Below, piece after piece: positions 8,813 to 20,261 of a DNA stretch of 21,265 nucleotides. Positions within the stretch are counted from its first letter, which is position 1. Every line of letters starts with the position of its first letter. The DNA comes from Ginkgo biloba. Lineage: Eukaryota; Plantae; Ginkgophyta. The notes under the pieces were generated by a model. The model did no database searches and was not told the DNA's origin. It saw only the letters and a program-made list of their open reading frames with translations. A program made the position numbers and the translations under genes. The stretch lies in NCBI GenBank assembly GCA_024626585.2, contig JANKJI020000002.1:121144287-121165551 (forward strand). The letters are read 5' to 3'.

Positions 8813-11689
8813 TATATGAGATAGGCCAATAGATGGTTAGATTCTTATATACTCTCCACAAAAAATAATGAGAATCCATATGATTGACCCTTTAGCTGTG
8901 TCTAGATAAATGTTTAACTATGGATAGATCAATAATTAATTATGGTTGGCTGACTTATGTAAAATAGGTAACATGGTAATGCTCTAGGATGATCTTTTAG
9001 GTTCCCTAGAGTTTAACTAAGGTGCTAGATCAAACTACATTTCTAATTAGCACAAAGAGAGGGTAGAATGTAAAACTAAGGGTGAAAATTAGAATGAAAT
9101 AGTAAAAAGGGGATCCTAATGGAAAGAAAAAATTTGGATCATGTTTAGACTAGGATGTCAGCATAGGCATGGCAGATCGGGAAAATTATACATGTAGATA
9201 AGATGACTAGTTTATAATTTCTATTTTCATGCTCTTATTGAGTAGTATGTTTTAGGATGTATGCATTTAATTATTTTGGAAGTGCATGCCAGGGTTAATT
9301 GGTCATTTTTTTTTTTATGTTTCTTTGTGTTCGTATGAAAGTTTTTCTTTTACTCAGAAGATTTTAAACAATAGAGTTAAATGAAATCCCACAATACTAC
9401 TCCAAGTGCATACGAAAAATAAAATAAAATAAATTCATCATTATTTCAAAAGGACTATTAAAAACTAAGTGAAATTAGATATACATTAAATAGCCCTTGA
9501 CATGGTTTTAAATAAAGTACATTTAAATTCACAAGCATAATTCATATTAAATATTTGCATACAATTTCAGTTGCATAAATGAGACATAAGGTTAAATTTT
9601 TTGAATTATTTTGAAAAAACACAAAAACCAAGAAAAAAAAATAAATTGTGACTAATTAAATTTAATTATAATTAAAATTAAAATAAAGATAAATGAGATA
9701 ATGCAAGAAATGAATTATATTAAAGGTATAAAATGAACAATATGTATGTGCCATCATCGTTTGAATCTATGCTCTTTTATAATGTCTTAAGTACTCCCAC
9801 TCCCTCTTCCTTAATGAAAACCTTTTTCTCTTTAATTATGAAAAAACTAAATGGAAATGAAAATGGAGATAAGAATAGAGTGGTAATGGTTACAAGTGAG
9901 ATGGCAGGATGAAAAGATACAACAGTTACAATGAACTAATGAATAAGAGATAAGGGAAATTTGTTAAGCCTCACCAGAAATAAATTTGTGGTTATATGAG
10001 GCTGCGTAATACCTTGGGCTATAATAAAGTTTATACACTCTGATAAATTAATCTCAAAATTTATAAACTTTATGAAGAAATGTGGAGAACTGACCCTATG
10101 ATTGTATGTGACTCTAATGTGCATCTAAGTTATAAAGAAATGCTATGATTTGCATTGGTATATTCCCACAATGATAGAAGAAGGAAAGAACCTCTAAAAT
10201 AAAGTGAGACTAACAGAGACACAGTGTTAGAAATAGTTGAAATATGCATCCAATATGAAATTTCATGGAATGTGGGGCTAAATGATGGCTACAGGCGGAT
10301 TGCCTAAATTTGTTATGCGATCGACTTTGATCTATGTTAGAGCAAAAAATGGTAAGAGGGAGAATTAAGATACATGATCCAAAAATTAAGTGTTGGTAAT
10401 TTCATTATGTTTATAGTTACAAGGAGAAGTTGGGTTTTTGTAGTGACCATAAGGATAGACAGATAAAAATTCCTAGGTCTAAAAAATAATATGTAATGTG
10501 AGCAAATTCTAGAAAAAACACAGATAGGGGAAAAGAGACTTACTATAAAGAAAGGAATGGAATCATGGAATAAAATGAGTCATGATCCAAATAGCATGTG
10601 TCATGAGGCTAACAAATTTCCCATGTTTTCTACCGCCTCTACCTTTTACATTCTTCCCTTGTTCTCTTCCAAAAACCCAGAACTCTCCCACCTTCTCTTT
10701 CATTTGAACTTATATTTTAAATTTGAATTTAAACTATCAAAATAGTTCTTACAACCATAGGATTTATAAATAATATATAAAAGGGATAAGAATGAGGTCA
10801 TATACACTACATGTGATCACATCCCAACCTCTACAAAGGTATTAATAAATATTTTTCAAGAATATAGTGTAGAAAACCATAGGAAATGAATGTAATAAAG
10901 GAAAAATAACATGAAAATATGATAATAGAAAGGTTATTTTCATATACGTCTTTGAGAGTGAGCATAAATACTTGCAAAGGAAACACATAAATGAAANNNN
11001 NNNNNNNNNNNNTAATATCAATATAGGTGGGACAAGCCCCTCTACCTAAGATCCTGAGAAGCATGAATGAATGAAGTTATAATAAATACATGAATAAAAG
11101 TGATGAAATAAAATGATTGTCAACATCAACTCTATAGGGAAGGGGTTTCCATAGGAAATTGAAGGATCTAAATCTCTATGCAGAATAGTACCTTTCCCAC
11201 TAGGTAATCAAGTCATAAAAGCTCCTGCTAAATTTCCTTGGCCATAAATGAGTGAAAATACATCATAAAAAAGGGATTTCACTGAAATATGAGGACACAT
11301 TGTTGATTATAATACTTCTTACACATATCTTATAAGGGTTAATAGGCTTCCCCAAAATCTTTACCTTTTTGATATAAAGGAACAAGGAAAAAATATTTTG
11401 CTAGATTATGAAAAATATGTAAAAATATAATGATTAGAATCAAGTGAATGGGATATGAGGAAACTTGATGAAGAAACTTTGAACATAATTTGTTGGTTTT
11501 AGGAATAATATGGATGAAGTAAGAATGAAAAAATATTGATCACAACATAAATGAATTAACGATATATTTCTTATATAATATAAAAACATTGGTAGTAAGA
11601 AACAAAAATAAGAAACTAAAAGAAATAATCAAACCAAAAAGAAAAAAAAAGGAAAAAAAAAAAAACCTGTTGGATTAGATATAATATTT

Positions 11690-12930
11690 ATTAAGGAATT
11701 ATCCATTAATTGGGTATTGAAATAGGGAACCATAAGAATGGGAAAGTAGGTATGAGTTATTCCTGTAGTCCTTGACTATTACAAATAGACTAGTCCAAAG
11801 GAATTCAAACTTTAAGTGTTTCCCCGAGTCCTCCTTAGCCCTATTCCACTTTAGAATAATATCGATAGGGGAAAATATTTTAAGTATATAAATTTTGTCA
11901 AATATGGACTTAATTATCTTATATAACCTTGAGGTTCTATAAGGCATCCCTATGACTCTCCTCAAGATGTAGAATCTTAGATAAATGAAAGGTATAGGTA
12001 TTCGAAAGTAGATTCCTCAATCAAAATAATAAAAGAAGGTATATCTAACTCGATGCCAAGAATAAAATTCTTAACACCATACATAAATTAAAAAGGACTA
12101 AAAATAAAATTACCTTTATAAGTAGTACAATAATCCCAAAGCACATATACTAATTTTAGGTATCAATTTCTCCTAGACTTAAAAAATATTTTCTTCAAAA
12201 TATGAATTAGATTTTTGTTAATTCTTTATACCATCCCATTACCTTGTGGTTTATAAGTGGATGAATAAAAAAATATGATCTTATTTTAATAAAAAATTTT
12301 AACCATGTTAGCACTACTAAACTAGGAGCCATTATTGGCAACCAGTTTAGTGGGGATCCCAAAATGATTAAAGATCTCATTCTAAAGGAATGAGATGATG
12401 ATGGTAGAATTGTCCTTTAAAATAAGATAGGACTCATCTCATTTGTTGAATTAATAAATCACAATGAGGATATATGCATGTCAACCACTAGATGGTAGTG
12501 AAATAGAACCAACAAAATCTAATACCCATTTAGGAAATAAACATTCTAATAGAATGATATTCAATAGTAATAGAGTGTTCCTAAGTTTATCACTTATTGA
12601 GACTTATCTCACCATTAAATAAATTATTAGGAAAATTTGAACAAGGTGGTATAATAGTAACTCAATCTTAAGATCTTATGGGTTGTGGTTTTATTGGAGA
12701 AATGTCCACTACAAATGTTGGCATGAATTTCCCCTAGAATATGGCATAAATTTGACCTAGAGACACACCTCAACAATAAGTGATTGGATGAGTGCCTATA
12801 AAATATACCCATAAGAATGATATACTTATCAATTTAATATTAACACTACACCTTTCTTTGTAAGAAATCCTTGACATAAAATTCTAGTCACAGAGATAAT
12901 GAATGATATCAACATACCACTCAATGTTTT
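11690..12930 (-). pseudogene. Gypsy integrase (H2C2, core, GPF/Y-type tail), decayed
   Basis: ORFs 12627..12812 and 11699..11965, with interrupted core motifs between them. Confidence 0.9.
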
Positions 12931-13039
12931 ATTTGAAACTCAAAATATGTTCATTGGGGAGGTAATTGGAAACTAATGATGGGGAATCTATGTCAATTAG
13001 ATGCTCAATAAGGTGTTCAAATAGTTTGTAGTTCACTTT

Positions 13040-14340
13040 AAATGTAGTGATAGGAGAGATTTCTAAGTCAAACTCTTATAAAATCATAGTCCATATCTTG
13101 ATTTTCATGCTCAACTCTAGTTGAGAGAGAAAATATTTTAAGGGATTGAGGGGAACTCAAGCAATGGTGTGGAACCCCAAAAGGTAATGCCTAAATTTTG
13201 ACACTATGTATACCAAAGTGGAAGAGTGCATCCTTATTTCAGTGTATTTTAGCTAATAGTCAGCGAAAGTATTTCTTGCATAATATATAGTCTTTTCATC
13301 CTTTTGATTATTCTCTTGCATCAAAATTACACTCATGGTGATTGGCGATGTATTAGTGTACATAATAAAATCCTTTTAAAAATATGGAGGAACAAGAATA
13401 GGGGATCAAGTGAGAGGCTCTTTCACTTTATAGAAATCTTCTTTCACTTATGGTGTCTAAGTAATTGTAGCATTATCTTTTAGGAGGTAATTGATAGGAT
13501 TAATCACTTTAGCATATTCCTTAATGAATTGAGAAATATAGTTAATCTTTTCTAAGAAAGACTATAAATCCATTTTTCTCTAAAGAAAAGGGAGTTTAAG
13601 AATGGCTTGAACCTTCTTAGAGTTGACCTTAAGTCTGTTAGGTGATATGATAAAGCTAAGAAAAGAACCCTCTCTAGTGAGGAAAACACAATTTTAAGGT
13701 TTAGAGAGACATTGTAGTGGAAACATCTCTAAAGAATTGATCTTAATTGGTCAGACCTAATTTTTAAATGAATGGTCAGATCATAAAAATAAATTTTAAT
13801 TATGGATGTAACTTAGTAATGAAATTCAATAGTCATCACCATCTAAAAAGTTTTATCTAGAATTAATGATATTGAACTATATTGCATTACATGCCAAAGT
13901 ACCCTATGAAGTCATAAACATAGTTTTTAACTTATCTTCCTATTAGATTTGTATTTGGTTACAAATAGAAAATCTATCCAATAAGGAGATAATCAATGAG
14001 CTATATACCTAGTCAATAATGTCCTAAATATAAGGAATAGGAAAGTTATCCTTTTTAGTTTTCCTATTCAAGTTGCAAAAATATATGCAGATGTGAATCT
14101 CATTATTCTTTTTCTGCATAGGAACTATATTAGAAATCTAGGTATACTAATCCACTAAGAAGATAACCTTATCATCTAATATATTTTTTACCTCCTTTAT
14201 AATAACATTAAGAGTAGGGTTAATCATTCTCTAAATATATTAGAAGGGCTTAGCTTCAAGACATAAAGGAATATGATGAGAGATAAAATTCAAGTAAAAA
14301 ACCTTCAATTCCTCATATGACCATGAAAAGAAATTAGAAA
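13040..14340 (-). pseudogene. Gypsy reverse transcriptase and RNase H, decayed
   Basis: RT N-terminal motifs at 14000-14340. The YxDD position appears eroded to FYFYDLTI (~13775-13800). RNase H motif EFDLEI lies near 13060-13080. Confidence 0.85.
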
Positions 14341-15119
14341 ATTTAGTGAGCAACTCCTAAAGTTAAACCTGAACATCTAAGGGCATATAATTAGCACCTA
14401 TTAAGAGGCATCATAGATTAGAATCAGATATGATGTTAAGAGAGATAGTCTCTTATATTCTATGAAGAGAAGGCTCGTTAGATACTTTAGGGTGTTTGGG
14501 TATGTTATTAGTTGTAAACATAAACACCTAATCCTTAAGGAATTTTATTAGAGAAAATGTCCATAAGATACTTATGCTAATCAAAATGATAACATGAGTT
14601 GTATTTCCTAGGCCTCTCTTTAATGAAATAATATATTACCTTGTCATTATTACAAACTTGCCAATGTTCTTCATTATAAAAAATAGTTTTTCAATATTGA
14701 ATCTGGATAAGATAAGAATATATGAAAATTNNNNNNNNNNNNNNNNNNNNNNNNNNNNNNNNNNNNNNNNNNNNNNNNNNNNNNNNNNNNNNNNNNNNNN
14801 NNNNNNNNNNNNNNNNNNNNNNNNNNNNNNATAGGGGATACAAAATAGGGGGTGCCAAAATAGGACAATGACCCTGTATAGGGGTATTCTTTATTGTGAC
14901 TATCATGAACATGTTTTGATATTTAATTACTAAGTGACCCCTTGGGAATTGAGTCTTAAATTTGAGAGTAAATATTTTGAATAGATTCACCCACCTTGCC
15001 TCTAGTGAAGTGAAAAGGATTAAATTTTCTAGCTTCTCACTGAATTATTTCTATACCACCATGATAGGGAATAGTAAGGATGTTTCTATACATACTAATA
15101 TTGAATTTATCATAATCAA

Positions 15120-15507
15120 TCTAGGTTCACCCTAAGAGGATGGTATAGGTAGTTATAACATTGATTACTATAAACATTAAGTGGTAAACAAGTCAAGATG
15201 TTTGATGGAAATACAAACATCCTTGTCTTAAAAGATGGATTCTATGGATATCAAATCCCTTTAATCTATCATTATATGGTCTAGTAATTTATAAAACTAA
15301 TTATTTCATCACTATTAAGGACATAATGTTGTGAGAATCTCTAGTGTTAACTAAGAAGTTTTTTAGTATGACATCATTAATATAAATCAATATATAAAAT
15401 GGAGGTTTCCCTTTAGTATTAACGATAATATTTTTTGGATTCAGAGGTGGATTTTGGAAAAAGTTGATATATCTAAGAGGGTTATCCTTTTGTTGGGGTA
15501 TTTTCAA
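15120..15507 (-). pseudogene. Gypsy aspartic protease of element A, decayed
   Basis: ORF 15301..15507 PPFYILIYINDVILKNFLVNTRDSHNIMSLIVMK (cf. PPFYISL..LHNCLLDSGASHNIMPL). The catalytic D(S/T)G is eroded to NTR. Confidence 0.85.
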
Positions 15508-16581
15508 AGCATCGTAGAGGCTTATACTAGTATTGCACTGCTACAAATCCTTGATCAAGATTATTATTGTAAGAAGGAATAACCAAACATGATATTTTAT
15601 CAAGTAATCAAAAGAGGATGAACTTGTTATTGATGGATAGTGGGTAGAGGAGCAATAAGTGTTTTCATGTTATCCCCTTTTATGGTAATGGGTTAAGGAT
15701 TTTATCATCTATAACCTAGTATGAACCAGACATTCTTCCCCTATGTTGTTATCACTAATTTATATTCCTCCTTGTTAAGAGGAAGAAAATTCATCTAAAG
15801 GGAAGGGATTCATGAAGACTCCCATTCATTGATTAGGATTTTCTATAAGGAGTGAATGATCCATCATCCTTTGGATTTTATTCCTAAACTTAGGGTAAGA
15901 TCGACATTTATTAGAGTCATGAGAGGTGAAATAGAAAAATATACATCACTTTTGATTTCAACGAGTGGTAGATTATTAGATAGGACCTTGAGAGAAGGTT
16001 ACTATAATTGTATATTCTAATGATATGATTGCTTGTATGACTAGTATCATTAGGAGTTGTACTAATGTTACTGATTAGTCCATCCTTCACTTTATTAATA
16101 TGATTTTATTATAAATAGTTTGCACAACCTTATTAATCTATACTTCTATAGTTGGTCCCTTATTAGAAATTTATGACAATATATGGCTAAACTCAAGTGA
16201 GATAGGATTGGGAATCTTTCCACATCTTTGGAGATGTTCCTCATACTAGAAGCATATGTCAATCACATCTTTCAGTATATAGCCAAAGGTCTCTTCTATT
16301 CTAAATTTATAGTTTGAATGAGACCATTACAATAATATATGTTATAAATTGCATAATTATATGAATTGGAGGTTGTTATGGCATCCTTTAGTGTATAGAA
16401 CCTAGAAGTAAAGTCCTTAACAAACTCTCCTAAATTCTATGTGATATTGATGAAGGTTTAGAGGACCTATGCAACGTAAATNNNNNNNNNNNNNNNNNNN
16501 NNNNNNNNNNNNNNNNNNNNNNNNNNNNNNNNNNNNNNNNNNNNNNNNNNNNNNNNNNNNNNNNNNNNNNNNNNNNNNNNN

Positions 16582-17314
16582 TAATGATGATATATCATAA
16601 TTCCCTCATTAAGTATTCTCATAACCATGATGTGATATTCTCTACTTTTATTTGATTTGGTAGGGAAACTAGCCATCTGGCTTAGAGCCTCCACTTTCCC
16701 TCGTAGATATGCTACCCCATGTCCTAGAATCTCACATCTAGACTCATATCAACCATGGTCTATTATCATTGTGGAAAATACATATTTGAAAGACCTAACT
16801 AAATTCATTATTAGCATATCCATTAGTGTATCACTTGGATCATCAAAATAAAATCTAAAGATGTCATCCATGTTCCATCTAACTTGAACTACAGGTGTCA
16901 TCTGAGTATCTACACATAGATAAACATTACAATGATCAGTATTTTGCACATCAAAATTGAGTAAGATATAAATGATAGGAATGATATAATTAAAAATACA
17001 AATGCATACCTATAATAGGACCTCCTAGGCCACCATATACCATAGAATTCTCATTACCACCTATTATCCCTTCACTAGTAATCCTAAGGGTTTCACTCTC
17101 TGCTACCTCTACAAGGGGATCTCCAACTCCAATCTATCCATCAATAAGGGGAATCCCTTATACTTGGCCTACCTAAGTTTCTCCAATATCACCTACAAGG
17201 AAAATTAATTCCCCCCTTCCTACTATATCACTATCACTAGTAGGAGGAACTATTCCTCCTCCTTCTACCACATTGCCTCTTAAAGGAGGTGATAATGGGG
17301 GTTTCTTTTACACC
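16582..17314 (-). pseudogene. Decayed intron-containing ORF of unknown family (exon 17314-17010, intron 17009-16910, exon 16909 to the gap at 16582)
   Basis: Minus strand ..CCTATTATAG|gtatgc...tactgatca...tctatgtgtag|ATACTCAG: a 100-nt AT-rich GT-AG intron. Removing it joins a Gly/Val/Glu-rich frame to the frame of ORFs 16749..16949 and 16467..16694, which share one frame separated by a single TGA. An upstream ttgcag acceptor ends at 17315. Confidence 0.55.
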
Positions 17315-17721
17315 CTGCAATGAAGTCAAATTAAGGTATTTCCACCTACACATTTTAGTGCTCCTACTAGATTTAGAGCACAAGGCATGAAAAACTTAGG
17401 TCGTATAGCTTGGGGAGAGTATATGAGTTTGAAAACCTATAAGAGATATTCTCATAGTCGATATTCATAGGGATCCTATAAAGGTAGGTGTACAAATGTT
17501 AATAAAATGCAAAAAAGTGAGGAAGGTAAGGAAGAGGGGACAATGTTAAAGATATTTATAACTACTTAAGAATTCTACTGAGGCATGCAATAAATAGCTA
17601 ACACTCAGATCATATATGCTTNNNNNNNNNNNNNNNNNNNNNNNNNNNNNNNNNNNNNNNNNNNNNNNNNNNNNNNNNNNNNNNNNNNNNNNNNNNNNNN
17701 NNNNNNNNNNNNNNNNNNNNN

Positions 17722-18780
17722 GGAATTATATTCTATAACCAAGTGCATCATCTTGGTTTCTCTATCCACTCTTATTTGATTTTCCACCCCTCTCCAGGGT
17801 AGCCACATATGTGAGAAGTCGGTATCCATATACCCATTCAACGACTTGGATCAATCCCTACTTAGGAGCATACCATATGCATCTAGAATGTCCATAACTT
17901 TATTCATGAAGTGTTGAAATTTGGTATTTGACACTAATTGCATATGAACATTCAATAGTTCCCCTATCACTTTTACCTTATATTTATCCAATTGAATGAC
18001 CCTCTTGTCATACTTAATAGGGGACAACCCAAGTTTCTTGCATACTCCCATGGGCATTACATTGGCTAAGGCCCCCAAATTGACTAGGAAGTTGTGTAGG
18101 TTCTTTTTGAAGATTCTAATGGTGAGTAAGAATGGGGGTACCTCCATTTTTTATTTATGGATCACTAGATTAGCATGACCGAGCACTTTCTACTTTGAAT
18201 TGGGTTGCTTCTTGGTGAGGGATTTGAACAAAAGGTCTCTTTGCTCATTTATCTATCTAACTCATGTAAGGTAATGTTGGCCTTGATTTTCTTCATGTCC
18301 TCCATTATGTTATAACCCCCCTTCATATTACTCCCCTAGGCCTTTGGTATTGCTATAGCTTCTCTTCTTAGTGGCAAGGGAGGGTCGTTATTGGCCCCTG
18401 GGTCAGGTGGCATCTAAGCATTGTTAGAAGGGGTGGACAAGGTGTTAGGCTCTCTTGGCTTACTCCATAANNNNNNNNNNNNNNNNNNNNNNNNNNNNNN
18501 NNNNNNNNNNNNNNNNNNNNNNNNNNNNNNNNNNNNNNNNNNNNNNNNNNNNNNNNNNNNNNNNNNNNNATCATGGTGCTAGGCTGAGGATTGTTCCAAT
18601 CTTCTTTATCCATACTGTATCCCTCTAGGTCTTTGTATATGGCTTTGAAGGCATTACAGACCTCAAGGAAATCCAACTCACTGTGGTCCTTAGGGAGCTT
18701 GACTAAGTCCTTGAGACTCTAGGCATGCCCCAATCAGCTTTGGGCTTCCTATGTATTTGTAAAGGTTATAACAACAGTNN
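17722..18780 (-). mobile_element. Second Ty3/gypsy (Tat-like) fragment: gag C-terminal region and protease (element B)
   Basis: GGYNIMEDMKKIKANITLHEL, then ORF 17851..18147 VPPFLLTIRIFKKNLHNFLVNLGALANVMPMGVCKKLGL..VIQLDKYKVKVIGEL..DAYGMLLSRD, continuing LNGYMDTDFSHMWLPWRGVENQIRVDRE. It is clearly different in sequence from the element A protease. Confidence 0.88.
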
Positions 18781-19700
18781 NNNNNNNNNNNNNNNNNNNN
18801 NNNNNNNNNNNNNNNNNNNNNNNNNNNNNNNNNNNNNNNNNNNNNNNNNNNNNNNNNNNNNNNNNNNNNNNNNNNNNNGATGGTTGTGGGGTAATTATAA
18901 ACCCTTACTATTATGAGGGTGGTATTTCTTTCTAAATTGGGAAAAAAATTTAGCTTAGTAGCTAGGCTATTTATTTGGATATTGTGGCTAAGGTTTTTTC
19001 TAAATGATCAATTCTTTTATTTATCCTAGTAATTTCATCAAACTTTACGTGAAATTACAACATATATTTACTTACTTGGTCTAAATGTGACTCTATTTAT
19101 TATATAGTTTGAATCAGTTATGCATTTGTTAACATACTTCCCAATAGATATTTGATCATGATATAAAGATAACACCTTTTAGCCTAACTTTAAGCACTCT
19201 TATAAAAAGTCTCTTAAACTTTAATAAAAGGGACTTTATATTAAATTGAAATATTCCTAAGAATACACTTATTTTAATTTTTTTATTGACTTTATAACAT
19301 TAAATATTTTCCTTTCTCTATTTATTTCCTCCATTTGTTTGATTCCTACTATGTGTCAATCCATACTTGAGGTTATCCTTTCTATGGAAATATGGAAGAT
19401 ATGCTTAATTTAATCTTACGGTAATATTTTTAACTACTATTGATTTGGTCTTCTACACTTTTAATTTCCCATAGTTGATTTGATACAATGATTATTTTCC
19501 ATCTTGATCACCTCAATGATTATTTACCCAACACTCAAGGGTTATTGCTGGAAAAATAAAATGATGGACTAGAGAAAGCCAAATAAACTTGATAAAAGGG
19601 GAAGACTAGTTAAATCATTTAACCTAGTAGCATAGTGGATTTTGAATAGAGATTAAAATATGGAGTAGATGAAGATAAAGTACATGGAATAATATGTAAT

Positions 19701-19825
19701 CAACCCATATTTTATAGAAGACATAATGAAAATATTGATGTTCATTTGTAAGATTTCTTAATATATTCTAATAATAATATTTATCTAAATTATTGACATA
19801 AATTGAAAAAATTTCTTGTAACATT
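19701..19825 (+). pseudogene. Possible retrotransposon gag N-terminal fragment, cut by the TRIM-like element
   Basis: QPIFYRRHNENIDVHL*DFLIYSNNNIYLNY*HKLKKFLVT resembles the PxFxGxxxEDxxxHLxxF...KLxxFPxTL gag motif and ends exactly at the TGTTA LTR start. Confidence 0.4.
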
Positions 19826-20134
19826 TGTTAGAGATAATTTTAATATTAGAGTGTCAAAATCTGAATATGAAGAGACATAGAATAATTGAAGGGTCACTTG
19901 GAATTCAAACTGAAGATTCATAGTGTAATATTTACATTGAGGATTTGTCTAAGTTTATTGTAAATAATTGTTCCTAATCATTGTTAGTTCTAGTAGCCAG
20001 TTTGCAAGTTATAATATAGTTACATATTTGAATAATACATTTTATTTGTATTTTGAATTAGTTGTTAAATGATTTATCTGTGATTTATCTATTCATTTTA
20101 ATGTTCATATGGCATGGTTTTAATATTTTTGATA

Positions 20135-20145
20135 TGGTATCAGAG
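20135..20145 (+). other. Primer-binding site complementary to initiator tRNA-Met
   Basis: TGGTATCAGAG matches 11 nt of the canonical TGGTATCAGAGC and lies immediately after the 5' LTR. Confidence 0.82.
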
Positions 20146-20253
20146 ATGAAGGTATTATGGCAACTGTGGATTGAATATGGCGACCATGAAAAAATCTTGG
20201 TCATATGGGTCAATTTGAAACCACCTCATGCAAATTCATGTAATATTAAATTT

Positions 20254-20261
20254 AAGGGGGG
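20254..20261 (+). other. Polypurine tract
   Basis: AAGGGGGG is directly followed by TGTTGG, a typical copia-type PPT/LTR junction. Confidence 0.78.

Larger units (their letters stand above)
11690..16481 (-). mobile_element. Ty3/gypsy LTR retrotransposon (non-chromovirus, Tat-like) gag-pol, heavily decayed (element A)
   Basis: Minus-strand order is gag (GEFVKDFTSRF..; knuckle CIFFYFTSHDSNKC ~15900-15945), protease (KPPFYILIYINDVILKNFLVNTRDSHNIMSL..ITRPY; YTILLG), linker (EEHWQV..NKIP*GL), RT (FSWSYEELK..ISNIVPMQKKNNEIHICIYFCNLN..KKDNFPIP), RNase H (NPLKYFLSQ..WTMIL*EFDLEI), integrase (LLLRCV..ILGEIHANICSGHFS..TTHKILRLSYYYTTLFK) and C-terminus (WNRAKEDSGKHLKFEFLWTSLF..NNSYLL..PING). RT-RH-INT is the gypsy order and no chromodomain is seen. 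Spans one 100-N gap. Confidence 0.92.

Noticed and set aside
8812-11690. PPT and 3' LTR of gypsy element A
   Set aside because: No convincing PPT/TG junction on the minus strand and no partner LTR in the window.
17010-17325. Plus-strand Pro/Ser/Thr-rich frame (extensin-like)
   Set aside because: Best explained as the antisense shadow of the Gly-rich minus frame, which carries the splice signals.
18960-19450. Faint minus-strand gag-like traces (LPYFHRKDN; EYFNL)
   Set aside because: Too eroded to support by eye.
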